The notes beneath the pieces were generated by a model. It was not told the origin of the DNA, searched no databases, and saw only the letters and a program-made list of their open reading frames with translations. From positions 10,034,201 through 10,098,200 of the forward strand of contig NC_092670.1 of NCBI RefSeq assembly GCF_964355755.1: a stretch of 64,000 bases of DNA, given 5' to 3'. This document shows positions 27,841 through 41,500 of the stretch, one piece after another. The stretch is from Antedon mediterranea. Taxonomy: Eukaryota; Animalia; Echinodermata. The position numbers and the translations under genes are program-made. Each line of letters starts with the position of its first letter. Positions within the stretch are counted from its first letter, which is position 1.

Positions 27841-29197
27841 TAACTGTTCACTTTTCTTCCCTTAGAATTTTGTTTACCAGTTCAGTATTAAATTTAGCAG
27901 AGTTGGTAGCACTGCGACCTGATTTGTCTCGGCTGACCAAGATTGTTTACTTCCATGAAAACCAGCTGGTTTACCCTGTCCGAAAACAAAAAGACAGAGA
28001 TTTTCAATATGGATATAATCAAATAATAACATGGTACTGTACATTTATTGTTAGTTTTTAAATTTATAGTAGGGAATTGAGAAGGATAGCAGGGGTGGAT
28101 CCACGATTTTGAAATATAGGGGTGGGGAGAAGGAGGCTCAGACACAAGCATTTGAGCGTTCGGTAAATACGACCCCTAGATAGTCAGAAAAGGTACTCGC
28201 ACATAAAATTTATGATAAAATGGCACCTCTCACTAATCTAGTTGGCCCGGGAGTGTGTTTTTTTTCCAGGACGAACGTGGGCAGAAGTCATGATTTCTGC
28301 CCACGTTCGTCCTGGAAAAAAAAATTACGCGGCCCGGGAAGGACGTTTGTATCATGCGCAGAAAACAGCAAAACGATCATACTTTTTCTGGCTGGTAAAA
28401 CACAGTGACGTAACATTTTTTGCATATGTTGCGCATGTTCTGTGTGTAGGTAACTGCTGATTGTTTGATCGTACTTTACACAGTGTTGTGTTTTAATGGT
28501 AATTTTAAAGTTGTCATCCTGAATACTTACAGACTATTCCCCTTGATTTTCAGAAAAATCAACAATATTGTTGACGTCCCAAATGCTTATTTTAATCTGC
28601 AGTTATCTTTATCTCTCTTTATTTTGAAAAGTATTTTGCTCAGTCCATAATTTATTCTTCTATCTATGCCCAGATGAGGTCAATATTTATATGCAAAGGA
28701 AAACTTTATACTGTATAAAATTTATTTAATGTTAATTTACATTTTTCTTTTAGTTTAACTGCTGACATTGTTTTATTCAACTCAAAATACAACATGGAAT
28801 CTTTCTTGTCATCAATTGGGACATTTTTAAAACTTATGCCTGACTTCCGTCCTAAAGGCCTCGCTGAAAAGATACGACCAAAATCAAAAGTGTTGTATTT
28901 TCCAATAGAATTTCCAATAATGAATGATCCAATAGCAGATGTTATGGAAGGACTGACGTTAGCGGAACAGGCCAGTTCATTACATGAAAGTCAGGAGGTG
29001 TTTGAAAAATCCAAAGACAGGGCTATTAAATCAGGTGTCACCGGAGAACAGACAGTTAGCTGCAGTTCAGTTTTATCACAATTGTCATCCCCATTAAAAA
29101 TAGTATGGGCTCATAGATGGTACAGTCCTAGTGCATGTTTTGACTGCATCACTTATTTAGACTGCTATAATCATTTGAGTGCTATGCTTATTTAGTC

Positions 29198-29627
29198 TGC
29201 TATACTTATTGACACTGCTATACTTATTTACAGTGCTGTACTTATTTGACTGCTATACTTATTTGACTGCTATACTTATTTGACTGCTATACTTATTTAC
29301 ACTGCTGTACTTATTTACACTGCTATACTTATTTACACTGCTATACTTATTGACACTGCTGTACTTATTTACACTGCCATACTTATTTACACTGCTGTAC
29401 TTATTTGACTGCTATACTTATTGACACTGCTGTACTTATTTACACTGCTATACTTATTGACACTGCTATACTTATTTACACTGCTGTACTTATTTACACT
29501 GCTATACTTATTGACACTGCTGTACTTATTTACACTGCTGTACTTATTTACACTGCTGTACTTATTTACACTGCTATACTTATTGACACTGCTGTACTTA
29601 TTTACACTGCTGTACTTATTTACACTG
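29198..29627. repeat. 18-bp minisatellite (cttatttacactgctgta variants)
   Basis: Direct tandem units with 17/18-bp variants. Confidence 0.95.
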
Positions 29628-29869
29628 TCTGAATTTTTACTATTTTGTGCCTAGTTTACCTGGATTTTTTAGTAGTGGTACTTATTCACATTTTTTTCTT
29701 TTGTAGGGAATACGACAAGAATCCTGACCTTTTTTTTAGAACACTTTATAAACTTCTAGATAGTGGAGAAGACTTCAGGATTTCTGTTCTTGGGGAACAT
29801 TACTAAGAAATTCCAGGTAATTATAAAGTCAGTAGAGGGCAGTGTTAAAAAATATTGTCTGCGATTTAA

Positions 29870-31631
29870 AGGGGGATTCTGGGTTTAAAATTGCTTTTAA
29901 ATATCGTTTATTTATTAAATAAAAAATATTATAACAATATAGACATGTCAGAATGAAGAAGTAATAACGGGAAATTAAAAAAATTTAATTTCATATACAT
30001 TTTAGGGTAAATTCATGGAAAGTCTGTTTTTCAGCAGCTTAGGGAAGTCCATAAATATTCATGAGATATTCACAAAATCACGTCATCAGTGGATTCCAAA
30101 CTCGCGACGTCAAGCTTGTACGTTGTGTTCTCTCTCCCCGGTCAAACGACGACCACCCGATCATTGTGAAATACATTTTTTGTAGATTTTCTAAGCTAGG
30201 CCTAAAGTGTAATAATAACAGTAGTAGCATATATTTATTTGACATTTAATGAAATACAAAATTTAGTACAGATTACGGAGTCATAAATTATACTATTTTT
30301 ATACCTCGAATAGTACAGATCGTATATCGGCTTCACGTACTAGGCTAGGCCTGGATAAGCAAGCCTGCGAGCTACAGCGATTTTAATGGTTTTTGCTTTA
30401 ATATCCTTGCCTCCTTAGATTTTCACCTGTCTTGTTTTTGTTACCTTGTTTTAAATGTATTTCGATTTTAAAGGCTAAATAAAGAATGAATGAATGAATG
30501 AAGGCCTAGCCTAAATCATTTTATTCATGGGTGAGAGTCATTTCTGACTAGGGATTCCATGCCACGATGGCTACGTTAAAACATTGGGGCCATCATTCAT
30601 GGGCCTAGCTAGCCTATTACTAAACGATTGGCCCATAAATAACAAAAGTCAGTGGATTCCAAACCCATCCTATCAACCAAACTCCTAAACAATCTAAACC
30701 TAAAACGTTCTACAAAAATCGGCTGTAAATATTGAGGCAAAACAAGGTCCGATCGCCGTCCGCACGTATGGTGTCCCGATCGTCTAATAAGTAGGCCTGA
30801 AATAGGCCTAGTTTACTCTCCAAAAAAGCGGATACTGCATCAAGCAAGTAGACCGGTAGTAGGAAGGAGAGCTAGCCTATCCGGCCCAGTTAAAAATTGA
30901 GCTAGCTAGTGTAGTAGACCCTATGCGAATTGATACTACCAGGCCTTTTACTATAGGCTACACTTGTTAAAATTAGCAATACTGTACTTATGTTTACAAA
31001 TATTCCAACTCTCTCATTCGAGCTATATTATCTATACCATTCCGGTAGGTCGAGTCGACCTTCAATCAAATACTGTACATCGTTCATGTTGTAATTTAGA
31101 CCGGGTATACTCGACCCGACCAGTTTGGTATTGTAAACTGTATCTGCTTATCACGTGACGATGCCAGGCATGGGCAGAGAGAGCACGTGTATCGTCGTCT
31201 CGCTCTCCTCGCTCAGCAGGAATGTATACGTTACGCTTCATTGATTTTGAAGGCTTTCCCTAAGTCAGTGCGAAAATCGGCAAACGTAAAGTGCAAACTT
31301 ATCTAATTTTTCACTGTTTTGATGGATTTTCATAGAAAATTGACTTTATAAATGGGAAGACCGACTAAAATTACATCAGATAAGTATAATTTTACAAAAG
31401 TAATTGATATGGTTAATGATAACGAGTCGTCGGAAGATTGACCATTTCACGAATTTCCTATTCTGTAACCACATTGTGATTTTGCCGTAGCTGCACTTGT
31501 AATCTGGCCTCATTTCACAGCCTTCGTTCTGCTTCACTGGGCGCTTATATAAATTGAAACTTTTACTGTTCAAGAGACAAACAAATATATTTTACATTTT
31601 TTACTATTCATTTTAAACCCGGAACCCCCCT
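29870..31631. mobile_element. Non-autonomous TTAA-target DNA transposon (Kolobok-like)
   Basis: ttaa|agggggattctgggtttaaaa ... ttttaaacccggaacccccct|ttaa; empty site with a single TTAA in the local duplicate at ~31727-31850. Confidence 0.85.
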
Positions 31632-32732
31632 TTAAAAACATTAAATATCATTTATTTGTACTGCCACTGTTTAACATTCCTAAAGAAGCTAGAATAAATT
31701 ATTGTATTCTTCAAATTCGATAAAATCAGTAGAGGGCAGTGTTAAAAAATATTGTCTGCGATTTAAAAATATTATAAAATATATCATTTATTTGTACTGC
31801 CACTGTTTAACATTCCCAAAGAAGCTAGAATAAATCATAGTATTGTTCAAATTTGATTGAATAGCGACTCTGTGTAGTACGGCGGAACAGCACTAGTCCC
31901 TGAATTACACATGTGCACTAGAGATCAGATTGATACGCCCTCATCTTTCAGTATTTTAATTCACAAAGTGGGATCTACCTGTTTTTATATAGATATTTTC
32001 ACTGAGGCTTATGAGAGTCTGAAAGATAATATAGTTCATTGGGGTTATCAGCAGTCAAAAGAGGACTACTATCAAGTATTGATAGAGGGCGATGTTGCTG
32101 TATCAACGGCCAAGCACGAGTTTTACGGTGTTGCAATGTGAGTAGTTTTAATTATTGTTTAACAGTTCGATTAGGCCCTCTACAGACACACAGAAGCCAT
32201 GGTCCAGATGCCTATCATAAACGACAGGAGCTGAAATGGACCAGTACATTGGGGTAACCCCCTAAACTCTACCGTAAGATGTTTTTTTTTAATGTACACA
32301 AGGCCTATGGACTCCAGTTTTAAGTTTTTTCCAAGATGTCTTGTTGTAGCACCAGAATAATATTCAAGGAGAGCCTGGAACCTGTACTAATATGGAATAG
32401 CCACTCTATAATTTCTTTGCGTTCACCATTATAGCTTTACTCTGATTATAAATTTTGAAATAGTTACTGGAAGCCTGATGTATATTTATTACGTCAGAAT
32501 GTATAAACAAAATATTCAAAAATTCTATCAACTAAAAGTTGAAGTAAATCACGTCTCTGGTCCATTCTCAGTTGCCACACTTGTGTTGTTTACTCTGAAA
32601 TAGCCGTTCCATAATCTCTTTGCTTTCTCATGTCCATTCTACAGTTATCACAGATTGATTAGTTTAGTCATACCCAGTATTGTTTTGGTTTTACAATTAA
32701 TTGAGAATATACCTCATGCAAGTATTTAATTA

Positions 32733-33554
32733 GGCCCTGTTTCTGCTGCCAACTAAATACCGTATATTATACGGTATTTTTTGAATACCGTTATATACGG
32801 TATATTTTTGGCAGCAGAAACTGCGCTCATAAAAAATATACCGTATTTTGTATACCGTATTTTCCCCACAAAATTTGTGGATAAAATATGGTATTTACAA
32901 ATTTATACCGTATTTTTTGTACCCGTTTCTGCTGCCAATAAAAAATACCGTATTTTTTTTTTACATGACAAAAGGTCAACATTCGTATTTTTATTTTCTG
33001 TCGCTGTCAGCTGTTTTACACACGTGTATATATATATTCGGCAAAAATGTGGAGCGAAGACGTCACAGTTTTACTAAATAAATTTGTGTGGGGAAGCTAA
33101 AATGTCTGGCCAACTAAAAGGTAATAAAAGGGACAACCACATTTATAAAGACATTTCTAAAAAAATAAAGCAGGAGTATGGAATAGACTTGTCTCCAAAG
33201 CAAGTAAACTCAAAGCTGAAGAGCCTGCGAAAGCAGTACAACATTGCAAAATACAATAACTCGGGGAGGGAACGAATTAATTGTCCCCATTACGATGTTT
33301 TCTGTGCTCTCACAACATCTCTTTCACTAGGGCTAGGCTGTTGAAAGTGAGACGTAAAACTTCCTTTATTGCAACTTTTAATTATCGATCAAATAAATGA
33401 ATGGCAATTTGGGTAAAAAAGATGAAATTTAACACGACCACCCAAGAAGTATTGTTAGCAGAAACGGGGTACTAAAAAATACGGTATAAAAAATACCGTA
33501 TTTTATACCGTATTTTTATACCGTATTTTGAGCAGTTGCAGCAGAAACAGGCCC
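32733..33554 (+). mobile_element. Non-autonomous PIF/Harbinger element with a Myb/SANT-like ORF fragment (33084-33344)
   Basis: TIR ggccctgtttctgctgc / gcagcagaaacaggccc; TTA TSD; many ataccgtat subterminal motifs; ORF IYKDISKKI..QVNSKLKSLRKQY. Confidence 0.9.
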
Positions 33555-33780
33555 TTAGAATTATTTCAGTTTGTTTTATTTTTGTTCAGTTACTTTTGTC
33601 ATTAAACGTAGTAACATTCAATAAATATACAACATGGCATATGTTGATATTTAAGGTGCTGCAAGGTCCTAAGTATGAACTCCTAAAGATTGGTGTTCTC
33701 TTTATTACTGCCCTCTTGTAACCGTACTTTCTTTTGTTGCTATAGCAACTGATGCTTTTATTAGAACATTTAGGGGTTAA

Positions 33781-34114
33781 AGATGTATTGTCCCCCTGAA
33801 AAAATAATTCTTAACAACATTTTTATTGAATATGCCATTTTAATGTAACATAATAGTTATCGACTTTGACCAAAAATTGGATTGAAAAAAAATGTATTTA
33901 TCCGAAAAAAACTGTAATTTAAAGCAAAGAATGGCCAAATTGACCAGCCAGTGGGTTTTTGGTTGAATTTAACCATTTATTTAATCAATTTGTAGGTGAA
34001 AACATTTTTTTTTCTATATGGAACTGATTAACTTTTTTAAAACCACAAAATAACATATTCAAAGTCTGATTTAATTAACCTTTTTTTTTCATGTTTTTGG
34101 GGGACAATACATCT
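33781..34114. mobile_element. TTAA-target MITE (Kolobok-like); related left end at ~1716
   Basis: ttaa|agatgtattgtccccc ... gggggacaatacatct|ttaa. Confidence 0.88.
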
Positions 34115-35586
34115 TTAATAGGTCAAACCCCTTTATGTTTTTTTTTGTTTTAGCTGAAAGTGATTTTTTACACTAATACATTCAAAGCTTTAGATTTAGA
34201 TCTTAAATTTTGTTTGATACTTTCACTTTACCTTGGAAAATACATCAACATTCATCTTGTGTTTGCTTATGTCACCAATTTCTTAGATCAAAACCAATAT
34301 AATAAGATATATGTAGCTACATGTACATTTTTATTTCATTTTTAATCAATTCAAAACAAGATTCAATTTAAAAACTTCAGCAAACATCATTACAAATACT
34401 CCTAAAACTACTAGAATATATTTAATTAGAATATCATTAATTAAAATATAGGAAATACTGATTTATGATTAGATATCAATTTGATTTTATTAATTAAAAA
34501 GCAATAATAATAATTCAATTCAAATTCAATTACTTTCACTTTACCTTGGAAAATAGATAAACATTCATCTTGTGTTGCTTATGTCACTAATTTCTATAAA
34601 AACCAATATAATAAGATATATAATATGTAGGCCTACATTCATTGTAAGTTTTTATTTCATTTTTAATCATTTCAAAACGAGATTCAATTTAAGAACTTCA
34701 GCAAATATTAGATTAAAACACTACTAATTATTAATGAAAATATAGGAAATACTGATTTATGATTAGATATCAATTTGTTATTATTATATTAAAACAATAA
34801 TAATGTTACTATTATGTATGTATTAGCATAGTTTTAAATAATAAAATAAGATTTTTTTACAGAATTAATTGATTAAATTATTTGGTATTACTATAATATT
34901 TAAAAATGATTAATAATAAAACATCCATTGTTACTAACTAATAAAAAATTCCCAAAAAAATAAATTACAGTTGATATGACAATATATTTTATTATTGATG
35001 TTATAAAATGTGGATTATTATAATAAATAATCATTTAATGATAAGGCAAAATTTTACTTAATAATTAGTAGTTTATTTTTTAATTAATTTATATCCAATA
35101 TTACTTTGCAAAATTCCAAAATAAAAGATTGAATGAATGAATTATAAAGAATATAACCAATTAACACCAGATAACCTTTTAATTAAATTAGTAAAACTAA
35201 AATAAATACCAATATTATGATTTACTAAACATTATAACACATCCAAGTACAGTAGTATCTTTTAATAATAATGGAATTTGATATTACTATGTAGTATTAT
35301 AATATAGTGGCATATATTTTTAACAATTCTGACAATACTATAATTATTATTTAATAAATTATCGTAATCATAAACTTATGTACTGTATGTGATTAAATTA
35401 AGACACTGTATATTCAAATTAATTTTATTTCGTCATTATGTTATTAAACCAAGGTTTAACACGAAAAGTATGATAACCAAACATGATTTTTGATCTCACT
35501 GCATCTTTAATAAAATCAATATTTTTCCATTTTTTATATTTATGAGCCAAATTAAAGTCAAATTACTAAAGTTATAATTAATTTTC

Positions 35587-38500
35587 TTATGGTGCTCTTT
35601 TAACCATCATCACTGTCTTCTTGAGACTCTCCCACGTCTTGAAATGATACCAGCGGATGCCTTTACCATCAGCTGTACCTGGTGTAAGGTAAAGGCCATT
35701 CAGGTTTGAATCACCACACCTATTGTACCACCAAGCACCTTTGCGTAGCTTAGCACAGTTACCACTGTGCTTATCATTGTCTCTGTCTTTGGTTGTAAAT
35801 TGTTGACCATTGTGTAATGCCAAAGAATCACCTAAACAAACAAAACATATCATCTTTAGTTTACTGGATACATGCAGTTTTTTTAATACAATTGTTTTAT
35901 TTAAACATGGAAAAAATTAATATATGCTATGTAAAATGATGCATACCTAATGAGTGTTTTAATTAATTTATGTTTTTTTGAGATTCACATCCTGTTTTAG
36001 GGGATTTTTTATTTGTTTAAAATCAAAAAACTTTTTTTTTTTTCAAAAATAGTGTTCTTGTCTTTTTTTATTCTATAAATTATACAATATGGTTTATTTA
36101 TTTTACTATATTATAATTATAATTTGTTGCTCATTCAATGTTTGCTTATTATTTTACTTGTTTTCCTTTTAATATATATGAACCATATTAATTCATATAA
36201 TAATATTTATTCGGTCATCAATGTAAAAATAACCAGGAATGAGAATAGGCTAAAGCCCAAACAGATTCTGCACTCACTCCATACAACATAAACAGTTAAG
36301 ATAAAACCATATACAAGAAAAATACAAATAAACTATACTACAGTATATTACATACAACATGAAATTATGAAAATATGATAAAATTGACATTAATAAAACA
36401 TTAATATAATTTTTATATTTTAACTGAAATATACTTTCAATACAAATGTACTGATTTAAAAAAAACAATGGAAGCGAAAACTAATTTCCAAAGTGTTTAG
36501 TAACTACAACATTTAAAATAATAACATTTTTAAATGTTAAATTGAAATGTTGTTAAATGTTGGAGCTAATCCATTGAACATTTTGATATCATTTTTAGAA
36601 TTGTTAGTTTGATTAATTAATTTTAGTTGGTTGTGTATATAGTAGCTTTTCTTTAATATTGGTCCAATTTCTTTCAGATTTGATATCATGTTGCCTTTTT
36701 ATCTTTGGGTAGCATATTGTTAAGTTTAACCTAAATCAATTTCAAATTTCTTTTTTTTCTTTTTCTATATTTTTCACATAATACATGATTTGTAAATAAA
36801 ACAAGGCCATACATGGCTGCGGTCACGTGCTCAAATTTGAGTTAGTGTTTACCAACCAACCGAGTGAGCTGTAGAGTCGCGTTTGCACATGACTAAAAAT
36901 TAATTAATTATTAAACACAACTGTTTTTATAGCTTATATTATACAGTACCAAAGGAAAACTTCATTATACCTGACCTACCGTAGTCAGTGCAGTGAACAT
37001 TTCCGAACTTGATTTAATACTATTAGAACATTTTTTCCTCATTTTCTATTTCATTTGTGGTAAGTGTTCCATTTTTAATCATTTCGTTGGCAAGCTAACA
37101 TCTTTTGTATCTCAAATCTATCTAAAATATGGTGTAGTACTTTAAAATTAAATTGGAACATTGGCCATGTATGAGTCATTATGTCCCAGTCAATATTCCA
37201 GTGACTATTTATAAATGCTGGTACATAACTAGATGCAACATGGGATTCTTGTGATGAAGACATATAAATGTGTGAACATTAAGGTATGCTAAATTTACTG
37301 TTCTGTAAGCTTGTTTAAACCGTTTAATCCCAATCAATGTTCTTATCATCTATATATAAATTTACGTAAGGGCAAAATTCGGTAAATCACGCGTTATTTC
37401 TAGAATGTTTTCTCGATGGTATATAAAGTTGGTTCGTACTTTCGGTATGGATTTAAACCACCTGATGTAACCCTGTTTACTAATTAAATTGAGTTCGATA
37501 ATTAGTTATTGACAATTAAAACGAATTTAGGTTCAACGATTTGCCCCAAATAGGGGTGTTTTTCGATCGTGGTATACACTGTCTAATGGATGTCCATCTT
37601 GAAAAATACCCGCAGACAATATTACGAGAATGCTTCGCATTTTCCTATCTCCTCCTACGATAATTGTTTTTAATGACTGAAAACCGGTTGAACAGTTCGA
37701 GTACAGCATCATAATGTTGAAGACAGGCCGATTTTCTTTTTTTTCTAAAAAAATAGGCCTACTATTTTGATAGATTTAATATATGTTTATACAAGTGTAT
37801 TGATTTGTGATGAATGGAACATTCCAATCTCTGTTCCACAAGTGTCTATTCCCTCAGGCGTCGTAAAGGCAAGTACTGTATACTCATAACAGAAACTTGA
37901 TCCATTTTTTTTTTCAATATGTGCTGCAGAGGTTGGATATAGATTGTTTTTAAATGGAATGAGCTAGCGTTTTCAGTCGCTGTATTTTATGTACAATCAG
38001 TTAAACCACCCACATCATCACCCTTTCCTCACTGGCATGAGCGTTGTAAAGCCAGTAGAGGATAGGCCTACGGTGCATCACATGCCCTAAACGCAGAAAA
38101 ACTGGGTAGGGTAGGAACCGACTTAAAGTATGAATTTGGCTCTAAGAAACAATTGAAAACAATTAGGCCTACTAATTAAGTTGAGTTAGATAATTTACTA
38201 TTTATTGACGATTAAATCAAATTCATGATTTGCCACGAATAGAGGTGGTTTTCGAACGAGCGTACCATCTAGTTTAAACTCAATTATAGGTAGTCATAAT
38301 TGGTTTGAAAATTCAGTTTTTAATACTCTTAAAGTGATAAATGCAACAACAACAAAAGTGCACCGTGTGTATTTTTAATGCAAGGTACAAAGGTGAGGCC
38401 TATAAAGAAAAATAATACTTTTAATTCTTTGTTTACTTGAAATGTGTTTTTTAGTGTAAAAATTGATTGAATGTACTAACCTGCCGTTCCTGTGTATCCA

Positions 38501-41500
38501 CTGATTTTCAAAGCATAGTTAGAGTCCTCAGTATCAATACGAAAGTGAGAATATCTTGCAAACTTCATGTCATCCAAGCGGTCAGTCATCTCTATTAGAA
38601 GCTCAAAACTGCCATCAGCTGTTAAACGGTTGATTTGTTCATTACCAAGCCAGAACTCTGTGTTCACATTTCCAAAACCCTCTTTGTATTCTGCCCAATT
38701 ACGGTAGAAATCAACTGATCCATCTTGTCTTCTCTGTATCACCTGATAATGAAAGGATAGTAATCTATACTCTACAGTCTTACTAAAACAGTGATGTCAA
38801 GCCCATCAACTTGAGTAAATAGAAGTAAATGAATTAAGAATCTGACCAGTAATATTACGATTAAGGTACGTCAATATTTTACAATTTAATTTTGATGTTC
38901 CTCATTTTCTACAATTTGGTTACACTCATTTTACAATAATTATGCAAGTTTTTGAACATTTAGTGTGATTGTTCTTGCGTTATGTTTAGAACATAGTTTT
39001 GTTGTGACCTCCAGACAACACTTCAACAAATCGCTCTGCGTGTGCGCAGGTATAGTTATGTGTGGGTCGAGAACCCTATTTCTGAAAAGTAACGTTAGTA
39101 AAAAATGTGGAAGAATCATTAATTTCTGTTGAACAAAATGATAAATCTAAAGTTATGTTTTTAATAAAGCCAAATACTGTATTATTAGGAATTGTTCATT
39201 GCAATAAGCTATTTATCCATATGCAAGTTTTAAACATTCCTAAACAACTGTTCGCTTAACTATGTTGTGTAAATGAGTAGAATGTTGATGTCATTCGTTA
39301 AAGTCTACATGCTCGTGCGAAAGCTACTTATTTCATTCATGCCATCATCTGTAAGTCAACATTGCCCTCTATCTATTTTCAAGATGTAAGGAGTGGAGAG
39401 TGCGACGTCATATGTGAATGGAATCTCCTTTCCGTTTAAATTAATTATGAGAGATGCTTGTACAGTGGCTTGAATATCGTAAATTTGAAAGTCCTTGTAC
39501 TTCTGGAACGGATTCTATCTGAAATCATACCATTGAAGTTAAAAAAACGGGAGTTACCATAGTTTTTTTTAGGTCAACTATCTATTTTTGAGACGTAAGG
39601 AATACAGGATCTGATGTCATATGAAATACGGAATCCCCTTTCCGTTCATAAAAAAAACCAAGAAATTATGACCGAGATGGTCGTACAATGGCTTAAATAT
39701 CCTAAATTTTCTTGTGTGTGCGCCTTTTAGTTGTATTTTAATGCAAAAAAGAACATGCATCAAAATTCAGTTATCTTTGTAATCCGGGAGAAAATGTGGA
39801 AAGTGAGACGAGTATAAAATAGCCTACGGGCCAGAACAGGAGTGTTGGCATGTATGCTATTATATCAGCCTGTAAACTCCTTGTACTTCTGGCACGGATT
39901 CTATCTCAAATCATGCAATCGTTCTCTATATTCAGGGTTTTGCTGGTGTCTCTATTGCTGACAGTAACGTATTGTGATGTGTGTTTTAGTAATGAATTAG
40001 TAAGCTGTGGCAATAGAGAGTTTTCACAACCTTACGAATACGATAATGAAAACGGATACATCACACATTTGTGAAACTTTAGAGCTGATCCCCATTTCAT
40101 ATTCGTAAAGCGTTTTCGTGTTGACCAATATCACCAGTCATATTCGTAACTACAAAACGAGTATAGTTTTTAATCTATTTTGCACATTTTGCATTTGAAT
40201 CCGGAATAATTCATGATTATAATATAATTATACTTTTATTGAAAGTAATTTACTAAAATGCCAGGTCAATTTTGATAAATAGCAGTTTTTAAAGTCCTCA
40301 CTCGCTTTGATGTTACGCTAGGCCTAGGCAGCCAAGCACTAAGCAACACGTACATGCGCTTCGCTCAAATTTACCGCAGTCATATTTTGGACGGCGCCCT
40401 CAATATTTCGTTGCCATGCGAAACATATTTTTACTGGCTTACGAAAAACTAATATCTTCAAATAAATTGTAAGTGTCTTTCAAGAATACAAGAAAATTTC
40501 ATTTTTTTTCAAGTAATAAGCTAGTATGTTATAATGTGCTCCTTCAGATATATTTACATAAATAGTTACTGATACTTACTGTCCATCCTGCATCACTCCT
40601 CATGTCACAGTACACAGTAAACTCTGGTTTTCCATCACATGGCTGTATCACATATTCACCACTCACAGCAGAAGGATTATTTTGTAAAATGTTACTACAC
40701 TCCCTCATAAAACACTCTAAAATTACAAAGTTTGAAGATCACATATTAGATATAACATTCATATAAGCCTTATACATTGAGTGAAACGTCCATTTGGTTA
40801 TAAGATTGATTTTATAGTAGGTCGACAATACAAGTGAAAGTACTTTAAGAATATTAAAGAGAACATTTCCTAAGATTCAGATTCAGCAACAAAATGTCAC
40901 TACCAGGATCAATCACTAATAATAAATGTAAACCTCCATATGAGAAATAAATTTATTTAATAACTAGAGGGTACTCCGAGAGTACAAACCTCCGCCAACT
41001 GTAAATTTCCCCTACATAAAATGTCCACGGAAAATATTTATATTTTTTTAAAATTTTTTTTTATTAGTTCTAAGTGGCTAACTGCACACTACAAAGTTGT
41101 GGATGAGCGTTTGGTGTAATGGTTATGTATCCAGCTTCTCACAGTTGAGATCGCTGGTTTAAGTCCCGCTGAGGGTTTTTTTTAATTATTATTATTGTTA
41201 TTTCTTTTTTTTTGTGGACCTTGATCTTTGACCCTGACTCTGGTTAAATTTAACCACAAGTATATGATGATTCATTGATCATTGTGGCTAAGTTTGGTGA
41301 GAATCGGATAAAAACTGTGGTCTCTAGGTATTAAAATTCAAACTCGTCCGAGCTTTTGGGGCATAGATCATTGTGACCAAATTTGGTGAGAATCGGCTAA
41401 AAACTGTGGCCTCCAGGCTGTTCACAGACACACACAAAAACACACAAACATACAGGGGTAAAAATATAACCTCCTTGGCGGAGGTAATAAATTGTATACT

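Larger units (their letters stand above)
25546..32137 (+). pseudogene. GTDC1: GTDC1/QTMAN (tRNA-queuosine mannosyltransferase)-like gene, probably disabled; exons 25546-25730, 27866-28033, 28754-29119, 29707-29816, 31993-32137
   Basis: Motifs [58 protein letters not shown] and [11 protein letters not shown]; splice phases compatible. In-frame TAA at 29804-29806; the next exon is not found downstream. Confidence 0.85.

Noticed and set aside
29405-29654. Repetitive hydrophobic ORFs
   Set aside because: Translations of the 18-bp minisatellite
29804-29806. Recoded stop (selenocysteine or readthrough) in GTDC1
   Set aside because: The codon is TAA, not TGA; other genes here use TAA as stop; the gene also lacks its 3' exons
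33084-33344. Host Myb/SANT transcription factor gene
   Set aside because: A fragment lying between Harbinger TIRs with a TTA TSD
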